The notes under the pieces are model-generated. The model searched no databases. It saw nothing but the letters and a program-made list of their open reading frames with translations, and was not told the DNA's origin. Positions 13,371 to 24,697 of a stretch of DNA of 64,000 nt are shown here, piece after piece. Source of the DNA: Felis catus (Eukaryota); NCBI RefSeq assembly GCF_018350175.1, contig NC_058369.1:17362001-17426000 (forward strand), given 5' to 3'. How positions within the stretch are numbered: position 1 is the first letter of the stretch; each line of letters begins with the position of its first letter. A program made the position numbers and the translations under genes.

Positions 13371-13659
13371 TGAAGATTTTAAGCTCTAATTTCAAATTTC
13401 ACTAGTTCTCATCCAACCTCCTCATGGTATTTAACCATTATTACACACCTGTTCTTACCAAATGTTCCTTGTAACTCTTTAACATTTAAGTAATGTTTAC
13501 ATATTTGTGTATTATTCTCTGCAACTGTACAAATGAAAAAAAAAAGCCACAAGACAGCTAATAATAAAGCATTACTGTAATTCTAGAGAGGTCTGTAGTG
13601 TACATGATGGTTAATTTGAAAATCATCTTTTTCACTGAGCTAGCTTATTTATCTTTACC

Positions 13660-15110
13660 TTTTTTTTTTTTTTTTTACCATTTTTAAGTATACAGTTCAG
13701 TAGCATTAAGTACATTCATAATGTTATGCAAACATCACCACCATCCATCTTCAGAGCTTTTTTCATCTTGCAAAACTGAAACTCTACCCAATTCTGCCTC
13801 TATGAATTTGACTATTTATATATGGAACCTCATGTAAGAGTAATCATATAAGTGGAATCAGTATTTGTTTTTTTTTAACTGGCTTATTTCACTTAGTACA
13901 ATGTCTTTAAGGTGCATCCGTGCTGGAGCATGTATCAGACTTTTCTTCCTTTTTTAAGGCTGAATATCACTCCATTGTATGTATATAATGCATTTTATTC
14001 ATCCATCCAACTATCCATCTATCCATCAGTGAGCATACAGGTTGCTTCTACCTTTTGGCTATTGTGAATAATGCTACTATGTTGAGTCTCTGCTTTCAAT
14101 CCTTTTGGGCATAGACTCAGAAGTGGGATTGCTAGATCATTCAGTAATTCTATTTCTAATTTTTTATAAAACTACGAATCCACTTCCCATTGTGGTCACA
14201 CCATTTTACATTCCTACCAATCGTGCACAAGAGTTCATTTTTCCACATCCTTACCAACACTTGTTATTTTCTGTTTGTTTGGATTTTTTGGATAATAGCC
14301 ATCCTAATGGGTGTGAAGTGGTATCTCACTGTGGTTTTCATTTGCATTTTCCTAATGATTAGTGATGTTGAGCATCTCTTCATGTGCTTATTGCTATTTG
14401 TAGATTTTCTTTGGGGAACTGTCTATTCACATCCCTTATGCATTTTAATCTTGTTTTTATGTTGTTGAGCTGTAGGAGTGTTTTATATATTCTGGATATT
14501 AATCTCTTGTTCAGATATGTTTTACGAATACATTCTCCCATTCTATGGGCTGCCTTCTACTGATAGAATCCTCTGATGCACAATAGTTTTTAATTTTTAT
14601 GGGGTCTAACTTATCTATTTTTACTTTTGTGGTATGTTTTGGTGTCACATCCAAGAAATCATTGCCAAATCCAACGTCATCAAGTTTCTGCCCCATGTTT
14701 TCTTCTAAGAGTTTTATGGTTTCAGCTCTTATATTTAGGTCTTTCATGCATTTTAAGTTAATTTTTGCATTTGGTATAAAGTAAGAGTCCAGTGTCACTC
14801 TTTTGCGTGTAGGTATCCAGTTGTCCTAATGCCGACTATCTTTTCCCATTGAATGGTCTTAGCATTCTTGTTTAAAATCATTTGACCATATTTGCAAGGA
14901 TTTATTTCTGGGCTCTTTATTGTATTCCTTGGTCTATATGTCTATTTTGGTCTAGGCTAGGACCTAGATTACTGTAACACTGCAATTAAGTTCTGAAATC
15001 AAGAAGTATGAAACGTCCAACTTTATCTTTTTCAAGATTGTTTTGGCTATTTAGGGTCCTTTGAGATTCTACATGAATTTTAGGTTACATTTTTCTATTT
15101 CTACCAAAAA
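13660..15110 (-). mobile_element. L1 3' portion (ORF2 C-terminus and 3' UTR), old L1M-type
   Basis: Poly-T at ~13660; ORF 14511-14798(-) LDSYFIPNAKINLKCMKDLNIRAETIKLLEEN is L1 ORF2-like. Confidence 0.88.
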
Positions 15111-15349
15111 AAAAAAAAGTGGTTGGATTTTGAAAGAAAAAAAAGTCATCTTTTGAAAAAGCACTTTAAATCTTCCTACCAGTGACTGACATTTCACTGC
15201 TGCTTTAGAAGCTTCTAGAGGCTCATGGTTGTAGTAATCATCTGTATACATCCTTTTATCCACACTCTAGAATTTTTCAAAGGAATTAATCTGTGAGCAA
15301 TGTAAAAATCATATGAGTTAATTATATTATCAAACTTCTCCTTTAAAAC

Positions 15350-16340
15350 ATTAGGATAAGAGTCCTAAAATATGTGAATATATATTTTACATATATGAAT
15401 ATATATGAATAGATGATATATGAATCAAAACTAACCAAACTGAGAAGATAGTTCAACCATTGAACTATACCCCACTTTCAATAATTAATGGAACTAGACA
15501 GAATAGGAATAGAGGACCTGAACAACACTATAAACCAACTAGATCTAACAGACATTTTTTAGAACACTCCATGCAACAACAGCAGAATATACATTCTTCT
15601 CAAGTACACATGGAACATTTTCTAGGACAGACCATATGTTAGGCCATAAAACAAGCCTGAATATATTTAAAAGCACTGAAATAATACAAAATATGTTCTC
15701 CAACTACAATGGAATGAAATTAGGAAATGACAACAGAAAGCAGTTTGGGAAATTCATAGACATGTGGAAATTAACAACATACTCTTAAATTACCAATAGG
15801 TCAAAGAAGTCATAAAGGAAATTAGAAAATAAGACCAATGAAAATGAAAACATAACACACCAAAACTTAGGAGATGCAGCTAAAGCAGTGCTCAGAGGGA
15901 AATTTATAGCTATAAGTACTTACATTAAAGGGGGGGTAAAAAAAAATCACAAATCAGTAACATAACTTTACACCTTAAGAAGCTAGAAGAAAAGCAAACT
16001 AAATGCAAAGCAAGTAGAGGAAAGGAAATAATACAAACGAGACTGGAAATAAATGAAACAAAGAAGAAAGTACACAGAAAACACAACAAAACCAAAAGTT
16101 GATACTTTGAAAAGATCAACAAAATTTGACACTTTTGTAACTGGACTGATCAGTAAAAGAGATATGACTCAAATTACTAAACTCGGAAATGAAAGAGGAG
16201 ATATCAACACCAATCTTGCAGAAATAAAAGGGTTTATAAGCAAAAATTAGAAACAATGGCACAACAACAAACTACAGATGAAATGGACAAATTCCTTAAA
16301 AGGCAGTTACTACTGAAACTGATTCAAGAAGAAAACACTA
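15350..16340 (+). mobile_element. L1 ORF2 fragment (endonuclease and downstream region)
   Basis: cagcagaatatacattcttctcaagtacacatggaacatt...gaccatatgttaggccataaa is an L1 EN signature. Confidence 0.85.
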
Positions 16341-16539
16341 AGATTGGAAATTCCTGAAATAATTTTTGTAACTTATATAATTAGTTATATAGTTTCTAAC
16401 AATTAGGCTTGGGAAATTAGTTCCATAGATGAAATTCCTTCAAATTTCCTTCTATAGAATTCAAGGACCTTATTCCTTATAATAAGGCATAAGCAGATAA
16501 ACCTTTTGTTGAATTAATCTATTGGGTTAACTGGACACC

Positions 16540-16940
16540 TCTTGTACCCAATCCTCCTTAAAAGTCCATCTTTCACTCCACCTATAACTGCAGCATCCAG
16601 GTGCATGTAGGTGTGATTTGACTGCACTTTATTTCAACCAAACCAGAGTTTTCTGCCTCACATCATCTTGATGCCAGAGACGAGTCATCTGCAGTCTGGC
16701 CCTGCACAAGTGCAAACCCAGAAGTACAACAGTTAACTGAGAGATGGCACAGGATTAAGGCCCCTTTGTCCACAGAAGTGACTAAGTTAGTGATACTTCT
16801 TCATATCGGCTTGTCCTCTTTCCAATTTCACTTTTCCTGGTCTCCTCTTTTTTTCCATGGGATCACTTCTCAAAATAAACTACCTACACACAAAGCCCTT
16901 GCCTCAGCCTGGATTTTCTCCCAGAAAGTAGAGACTAAAA
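16540..16940 (+). mobile_element. Solo ERVL LTR (LTR16-like)
   Basis: gcacaagtgcaaacccagaagt and gggatcacttctcaaaataaactacct...cttgcctcag resemble LTR16. Confidence 0.6.
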
Positions 16941-16962
16941 AAGGCCTTTAAAACAGGCCTTT

Positions 16963-17200
16963 AGAGGCGTCTGGGTGGCTCAGTCGGTTAAGTTCCTGGC
17001 TCTTGATTTCGGCTCAGGTCATGATCTCACAATTCGTGGGTTTGAGCCCACATCGGGCTCTGCACTGACAGTAAGGATCCTGCTTGGGATTTCTGTTTCT
17101 CTTTCTCTTTCTCTCTCTCTGTCCCTCCCTCCCTCACCATCTCTAAATACACACATACATACATACATACATACACACACAAAGTTAAAAAAAAAAAAAA
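16963..17200 (+). mobile_element. CanSINE
   Basis: TSD aaaacaggcctt. Confidence 0.88.
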
Positions 17201-17753
17201 AAACAGGCCTTGAAAGGTCCGTTCCTTCCAACTACCTTTGTGAACTTCGTTAGCACTTAGAAGACCCACTGTGATATGACAGGCTGTGTTAGAAAGAGCA
17301 TAGGGCTCATCAGCCTACGTTTGAGTTTGAGTTCTATCATTAACCTAACTTCAACTTCTTCAAATGAAAAATGGATATACTGTTATACATTTGAAAGAGT
17401 TAATAAACTCCAATATGCTATACAGAGGACAGTTATCCTTATCATTCATGAGATGTATCAGAAAAATCTGTTCAAGTCTACATTCAGGTAAAAATACAAG
17501 ATCAATTTACAGAAGCTGTGTGTGAATATTAGTTCTTTGAGCAAAAATCCTCTGGTCTCTGATACAGTATGGCTGGATCTATAATGCTTTCATTTTATAA
17601 GAAAGGAGAATGTACTCGTATATTACTTATGAAATTACAAATAAAAGAAAAATATTCTATACCTACATATGCCTGTTGTCATAAGGTAGAGTTTCATTCC
17701 ACAAAAAGAAGCAAATTATATAAACAGAGTTATGGTTTAAAAAGTATATCAGA

Positions 17754-18230
17754 GGGGCGCCTGGGTGGCTCAGTCGGTTGAGCGTCCGACTTCGGCCCGG
17801 GTCACGATCTCGCGGTCCGTGAGTTCGAGCCCCACGTCGGGCTCTGGGCTGATGGCTCAGAGCCTGGAGCCCGCTTCTGATTCTGTCTCCCTCTCTCTCT
17901 GCCCCTCCCCCGTTCATGCCCTGTCTCTCTCTGTCTCAAAAATAAATAAACGTTAAAAAATTAAAAAATAATAATAATAAAATAAAATAAAAAATAAAAA
18001 GTATATCAGAGGGGCACCTGGGTGGCTCAGACAGTTGAGCTTCCGACCTCGGTTCAGGTCATGATCTCATGGTTTGTGGGTTCCAGCCTTGAGTCAGGCT
18101 CTGTGCTGACAGCTCAGAGCCTGTAGCCTGCTTTGCATTCTGTGTCTCCTTCCCTCTCTGCCCATCCCCCGCTTGTGCTCTCTCTCTGTCTCTCAAAAAT
18201 AAATAAATGTAAAAAAAAAATTTTTTTTTT
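17754..18230 (+). mobile_element. Two tandem CanSINEs (17754-17995 and 18011-18230)
   Basis: Each is bounded by copies of aaaagtatatcaga. Confidence 0.92.
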
Positions 18231-18243
18231 TAAGTATGTCAGA

Positions 18244-18338
18244 GCAGACGACCTACTTCTGGGTCGGGGTTGTATACGTAGCAGAGCAGCTCCCTCGCTG
18301 TGATCTACTGAAAGTCAGCCCTTGACACAAAGGTTTGT
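18244..18338 (+). pseudogene. Retrocopy of the 3' terminal ~95 nt of 28S rRNA
   Basis: agacgacctacttctgggtcggggttgtatacgtagcagagcagctccctcgctgtgatctactgaaagtcagcccttgacacaaaggtttgt closely matches the mammalian 28S 3' end; followed by an A/T-rich tail and flanked by a TSD. Confidence 0.9.
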
Positions 18339-18366
18339 AAAATTTTCTTTAAAAAAAATTTTTTTT

Positions 18367-18590
18367 GGGGCGCCTGGGTGGCGCAGTCGGTTAAGCGTCC
18401 GACTTCAGCCAGGTCACGATCTCGCGGTCCGTGAGTTCGAGCCCCGCGTCAGGCTCTGGGCTGATGGCTCAGAGCCTGGAGCCTGTTTCCCATTCTGTCT
18501 CCCTCTCTCTCTGCCCCTCCCCCGTTCATGCTCTGTCTCTCTCTGTCGCAAAAATAAACAAACGTTGGAAAAAAAAATTTTTTTTTTTTA
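18367..18590 (+). mobile_element. Young CanSINE inserted in the tail of the 28S retrocopy
   Basis: CpG-rich head with diagnostic gcgcagtcgg...ttcagccaggtcacga. Confidence 0.92.
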
Positions 18591-19814
18591 TAAAAAGCAT
18601 ATCAGAATAATGGATTCACGAAAACCTCAGGAAGAAGCTATTTGGTCTTATTCAATACCAAGTTGCAAAAGAAACTGAAATCGAATGGCTCACTGTACAA
18701 TGAAATGCTCAGTGCATGAGCTGGTTTCAAGGGAGTCCTCAATACCCTAAAAGTGAATGTAACATGTTGTATTAATGGGTATATGTGGAGTTTTCTGAGA
18801 AGTTCTACATCTTTATCAGAAAACCATGAAGCAAAAAAACTTTAAGAAACATTAGGCGTTTGTATTTTACTGATGTGTCTCCAACATGCAATTTGTATCT
18901 GGAAAATGAAAGAAAGTAATTAAACTTTTGTTTCCAGGATTTGGGGATGAGGCAGAGAAAAGGAGGTCTTGCCATGTCTATATCTAGGAACACATTGTGC
19001 AGCTTTATGTTTGGGCTTCATTTATAAGTTATAATGCCAACTTAGAGGTTGGTTACAATAGCTGCTCAGAAATTCTAACATTACAGATTTATTTTTCTGC
19101 TAAGATTTCACCTTTATGGTTCCTGAGAATTTTTCTAATGCTAAATTCCTTGCATTCTATCTGATGCTACAGGAGACAGTGATGAAACCCCTAGGACATC
19201 ATTTGTGCCAGGACATTCCAACAAAGCAGTTTCATCTTCCCCTGTTGATATGACCGGATATCACATCACATTCAGAACAGTTCTCACACTAAAAAGCCAC
19301 CTAGCCTGTTCATAATGGAAACCACCAGTAACACTGCCATTTGTGGAGGACTTAGTGTACTGCATCTAGCTTAGCCTCCATGGTAGCACAGACATTTATT
19401 CCACAAATAATTTGTGATTAAGTCTTGTTAAGCTTTCACTGTAACAGAAACAGCATCAATATAAAATTGAGGATAATCCACTCTTACATGTGACTTAGAA
19501 ATGAAGCTGACATTCTGTGCCTGCCCCACCAGTTCTATGTCTTTGTCCAGAACCCTCTCTAGGCTTCCAGCTCCAATGTATTATCAGGTCTACAAGGGGG
19601 AAGAATCCAACAGTAGCCAGATTTCATCTCACTTTCATCAAAATGAATACACTAGTAAGATCTAAGAATTGTCCTGATCACCAAAACCTTTAATCCTAGC
19701 ATACTTATAAGAAGTTAGTCAGGACTATGAATTATTATTTATAGTGTTTAAATTCTTGTGCTTTAAACATAAGAATAGATTGTTAAGCCCTCTTAATAAA
19801 AGAAAATCTAAGCA

Positions 19815-20065
19815 GGAGCCTGGCTGGCTCAGTCGGTGGAGCTCCTGATCTTGGGGTTGTGAGTTCAAACCCTATGCTAAGTGTAGAGATCACTTAAAAA
19901 TAAAATCTTAAAAAACCGGGGTCGGGGGGCAATTAGTTAAACATACGACTTTGGCTCAGGTCATGATCTCACGGTTCGTGAGTTCGAATTCTGTATCAGG
20001 CGATCTGCTGTCAGCAAAAAGCCCACTTCAGATCCTCTGACCCCCTCCCCACTTGCTCATGTAGG

Positions 20066-20150
<85 letters not shown>
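19815..20150 (+). mobile_element. Two old CanSINEs ending in a compound (CT)n(CA)n microsatellite (20070-20149)
   Basis: Degenerate SINE heads; dinucleotide arrays. Confidence 0.75.
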
Positions 20151-20151
<1 letters not shown>

Positions 20152-20872
20152 GAAACCTAAGGACATTAAATTGAACTTTCTTAGTAAACAATGTGCCAAG
20201 CTGAAAAATGTTCTTTACACCATGCAAATTACCTTTGGCATAGAATCTTTTCAATATCTTAGTTCAGTCAACATATTGCATTTGCAAATCTACCTACTGT
20301 AAAGAAACAGTAACCCAGAAATGGGTAGGGAACTGGGCATTCTGTTGACTTCTTCCCAGAAGCAGCATACTAGAGATCATCAAATAATAAAGTTACAAAA
20401 TTAAAATGTCATTGAATGTAACAGTTTCAAATGATAATTCAGAAGGCATTTTAGGAAGACTGTGAACCTGAATTTTAACTGGACTAAACTAAGCGCACAC
20501 ATGTAGTCTTAGAAGGTATTGAACAATAATTGATATGCCATGAAACTCTTTTGGATTAACTGCATGTTGCCACTCTGCCAACTGTTTTTCTCACCAGATA
20601 CCATAAAATATCAGTCATTTGGGCTTACCTAATACAGATTCTGGATGAAAAGGAGTTATTCTGAGAATCAAAGATACGTAAGTGAAAATGAAAATGTCTG
20701 GCAAAGAGTAAAATGCCCATACAACTATGAAATTATTATGGGTGGGATCAGAAGCTTAGACTGAGAATTCACTCCTCAAGTCTTTATTTGCCAAACTCAT
20801 GTCTTAGTCACATCATACTTCAGTAATTAAGACTCCAACCAAATCCAGTCTGTAAGGTGTTAATGTAAGATG

Positions 20873-20895
20873 TTTATTAGTGTAATTTATTTATT
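20873..20895 (-). terminator. Clustered polyadenylation signals (3 x AATAAA) for the intronic terminal exon
   Basis: tttatt on + at 20873-20878, 20886-20891 and 20890-20895; followed on the minus strand by GU-rich ggatttggttggagt. Confidence 0.55.
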
Positions 20896-22206
20896 AGCAC
20901 AATGATCACATTAAAATGTCCCCAAATACAAACTGTTATAGTCTAAAGTCACAAAAAGTATAAACTCAGGTGCATGAATGAGGTTATATAAAATGTTATT
21001 TATAAACAAAGTTCTACATCTTCAACATTGGGCGAAAGAAGAAAAAAAAGAGAGAGAAAGATTACAAATAAGAAACATATTTCAATAGAACAACCTGACC
21101 AGTCTGGTAACCTCACACTCAGGTATGCCCATGATGACAACACAGCATATCCTTACAGAACTGGCTACTTTGTACAAAGCTATACTGAAGCAACATGAAA
21201 CATCCAAGAGAAACAGAGCTAACAATGTACATGGAATTTTAGCTGTCATTAGTGGAAACTTTCAATTCCATAAATAAAAAAACATATTTGGGGAAAAAGA
21301 GTCAAACAAAAACAAAGCAAAATGGAAACCAAAATGGAATAAATCAGTGTCAGCAATGGAGTGTGAGTGTGTCCCTTCAACCACTGCCACAGTAGGGTGG
21401 CCCTGGGCTTCTCCGGCCACCTGTCACTTGCACAAGCTGTAGGGACTGGTTAGAACAGTTAGAAAAAGGTCACAGTTGATCCTTAAAAGTTAGCACTGCC
21501 AGTTTTGCAAAGTTCCTAGCCAAAAAACCAAAACCAAAACAAACACAGAAAACCAAAACACATACTGAAAACTAAATGCACACCAAAGGGCAAGTGCTAG
21601 GTTTTATCTGATGGGTGCTCTCCTACAGTTAAGAGTTTTATATTTTATTAACTGCTTCAGAGGTAAGCATAAGCAACTTCCCTCAAATGTACTTCTTCTA
21701 AGTGTCTTTTCTCCAAGAACTCACAGAAGGAATTCCTGGCAGAGGAGCAAGCTCCTGCTTGTGAGCAGAAGAGGGAATGCTTCCTGAATTCCAGAAGTCA
21801 TTGCAGGGACTCGGTTTAAACTTTCATAATATTCTGGTTTTTCCATCTCAAAAGTAGTTTTGTGTCAGAGGATCTAAAATAACGTACATCTCAAAACCTA
21901 CCTAGAATCTAGTGCCAATTACGTATCTTAATCCAAAACAATCAATAATTTGGTTGACTGTGACAACCTGCATAATCAATTAGAGGACAGAAACCTGGAG
22001 TGTTTCACATTCTGGTTCTTAAGCCAGAACTCCTTTACGATTTCAAACCATGGCCCAGGTATTATATTCTCTAAAAATCTCTCTGCTAAAAATCCAATCA
22101 AAGGTTATTATCTGAAAAGCTCCACAGTACTTTTCCCAAATAGTTCTAGATTTTTTAGCTATTAGTGTGGGAAAACGAGGAACAAGTTTAAGAAAGTCCC
22201 ATTGGG

Positions 22207-22295
22207 CTCTGTGCTGGCAGTGCAGAGCCTGTTTGGGATTCTCTCCCTCTCCCTCTCTCTCAGAATAAGTAAAATAAACTTAAAAAGGAAAAAAA
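22207..22295 (+). mobile_element. 5'-truncated CanSINE inside the putative alternative 3' UTR
   Basis: TSD aaagtcccattggg (22193-22206) / aaagtctcattggg (22296-22309). Confidence 0.8.
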
Positions 22296-23407
22296 AAAGT
22301 CTCATTGGGACAATCCTCAGAACGCACTGAGTATAAACGCTAATTTGTAAAGGTCTTCCCACGTGATGCACCAGTCCCCCTGGAATGCTGCAAAAAGGCT
22401 TCTCCAGAGACCAAAGGGATTCAAGACACTTCCTGAACAGAGTTTGCATCCAATCTGAAAACCATGTCATTAGAAACCTGATAAGTTGGTTGTAGTTGTT
22501 CAGTGAATTGCGATATACTTTCATTCTCATGTTTTTACAGAAAAAGTTGTTTCTGTATCAACATCCCAGTAGTCTATACAGGATTCCACTTTCTTAAACT
22601 TTTCAATTCTTATTTTGATAGTTCATGATCATGTTATGAAAGTAACTTTGGTTATAAAATTTCATACACAATAAAAGGTTGTCAGATTTTCAAGAGAATC
22701 TAAGCCTCTAGACAAATAAACCGTCATTTCATAAAAAAACAATTTCAGCCCAACTTACAAATAACAAAAGATGATTTAACTTGAGGAAGTACTTTTCAAA
22801 GTTTAGTCAGAGCTACTCTAAATTAAAATAGCTATCGTTATTCAGATTTTAGTAAGGTGGAGAGAATTAGAGGTAAGCCTGAAAGACTGCCCTTCCCTAA
22901 AAGCAAGCTCACAGAGGGAGAGGGGAGGGAGAGGAAAAGGGAGGGTCACTGCAGTACTGGTGGACTCAATCCCTTTATGAAAGCACACGTTCTCATTTGG
23001 TGTTACAATATCCTGATTCATTCTGAAGAGCTGAAAAAAACACATGGAAAAGGCCAACTCAAAATGTTTAAAGAAAAAGAAAAATGTGAGATTTGAATGA
23101 AATGATAAAATGAGTTTTCAAAAAGAACAAGAAATAAAAGACATTAGATGCCCAAGGATTCATCTTGTACTCTGTGCTCACAAAGGGAAAGGAGGTTCCA
23201 TCAAGCCCTGCAGAGCACAAGAGGAAGCAGGTGGTTTGCTCAGGCAGCAGCAGAAAAGGCCCCGAAGAACTACCCTCTGCTTCTTCTACATCGTGTCCAG
23301 GAAGGAAAAGCAAAGCTCTGCAAAATGCTGCAGGTTTTAGAAGTGTAACGGTGCTTAGGAAAGATCACTGGTCTGGTGTTGCAGCAGCCCCAGTGTGGAG
23401 AGACACG

Positions 23408-23415
23408 CTAGGCTT
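23408..23415 (-). CDS. MAP4: MAP4 alternative terminal exon, coding part (G|AA GCC TAG = Glu-Ala-stop), giving a 99-aa short isoform
   Basis: TACTAAT branch site (23491-23485), ~65-nt pyrimidine-rich AG-free tract, acceptor ctcctag|AAGCCTAG; in frame after the phase-1 donor at 25463. Confidence 0.8.
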
Positions 23416-24646
23416 CTAGGAGGAGAAAAATAGAAAGGGAGGAAGAAGTAGGAAGGGGAAGGAAAGGGCAGAAAAGCACAGGTCATTAGTAAACAGCAAG
23501 TTCAACATAGCAAGATGCTCATACACCCTTTATATGCTATCAGCGGAGCTGGTCTGCTCTTAGGACTAGAGACAACATCCTGAATAAAACAGAAATGGGA
23601 GTTTTTCAAAATGGCACTGAGCTATGTGCTCTAGTTAGTAATGGCCAAATCAGAATGAGGTCACATCATGCTCCAAAAACATGCACTCTTTGTCCCCTCC
23701 CTACTCATTCCCACCCCCCAGTGAAACATGCATATTTTCAAAAGGTCAAATTCAGAGCACACACATCTTCCCAGGTATGCAAACCATACTCTACCGGCTG
23801 CCATCATGTCAGTGGGCAATTCATAAATCCTTGGGTTCTTTTCTGCCACCAGGTAACTAAAAGTCTTGAAACAGTAAGGGCCAGGCTGCATGTTTTTCCT
23901 GTTCAATTTTTTCCGTGCTAGTAAGAGTTGGCAATCGGAAGCAATTGCTACCCAAAGTTTGGGTCTCTTCTGGTCATACTTGACATCTTGCTGGGGAAGA
24001 AATCTACTCTAGTTTTGATAATTGTTTCCTCTCTGGATGAAAATGGCATCCACTCCTTCAACTGGCTAATCAAATCAATCCCCTCCAAGCCTTTTCTTCC
24101 CCTGGCACTGCCTCTTTGTTAAAGAAAGCTGAACTTACACATTTTTTTAAAAGTTCATGTTCAAGCTTCTCCTTTAATCACAGGTATATTTCCATAAATG
24201 TTTCCTTAAAACTATACTACATAGATGACTCTGCTTTCAAAGCTGGCACAGAAACAGTCAATAATACAACAAAGGTTATCAAATAAATACAAAAATTTCT
24301 GTTCACAAAACTGGAAGATAAGGTGTCACTTCTGGTTGTTTTTAGCTTTTAAAGTAAAGAGTTTCTAAGTTAATGAGCTGCTAATAAGGATGTTAATGTC
24401 AGTGGGTAAAACTAACATTCACAACAAATGGAAACCAGCCATCAATAAATCGGAGGTACAAAGATAGAGAGGACATTTTGAAAGGTCACAGAATAAACAA
24501 TAAATCCTGGAATAATTGCTGTTGCTAAGAGGAGGCTTTCTGGAAGCCTTACAAACAGAAATCGTATGGCGGCTCAAGAAAAGTCTTCTCAAGGCTGAGG
24601 TATGCGTACAAGGGAAACACAGACACAGTATGTGTCTAGTGCTTAC

Positions 24647-24697
24647 CTCCAATGCAGCAATGTGAATCGAATGTTATGCCCCAGTTAAGGGCACGCT
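24647..24697 (-). CDS. MAP4: Putative MAP4 in-frame cassette exon (51 nt): (E)RALNWGITFDSHCCIG
   Basis: Branch-like ttctaat (A at 24726), acceptor ttctttgcaacag|AG, strong donor GGAG|gtaagc; phase 1-1, open frame; lies in repeat-free sequence. Confidence 0.7.

Larger units (their letters stand above)
20850..23407 (-). other. MAP4: Putative 3' UTR of the short MAP4 isoform
   Basis: Nearly repeat-free 2.5 kb after the stop codon, U-rich on the minus strand, ending at a cluster of AATAAA signals. Confidence 0.6.

Noticed and set aside
13660..16340. Single 5'-inverted (twin-primed) L1
   Set aside because: The two opposite pieces are separated by ~240 bp of non-L1 sequence, are not adjacent in L1 coordinates and share no visible TSD.
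18244..18338. Functional rRNA gene
   Set aside because: Only ~95 nt, diverged, tailed and TSD-flanked, so a retrocopy.
22842..24122. Dense overlapping ORFs on both strands
   Set aside because: No recognisable protein similarity; the region is better explained as an alternative 3' UTR and regulated acceptor.
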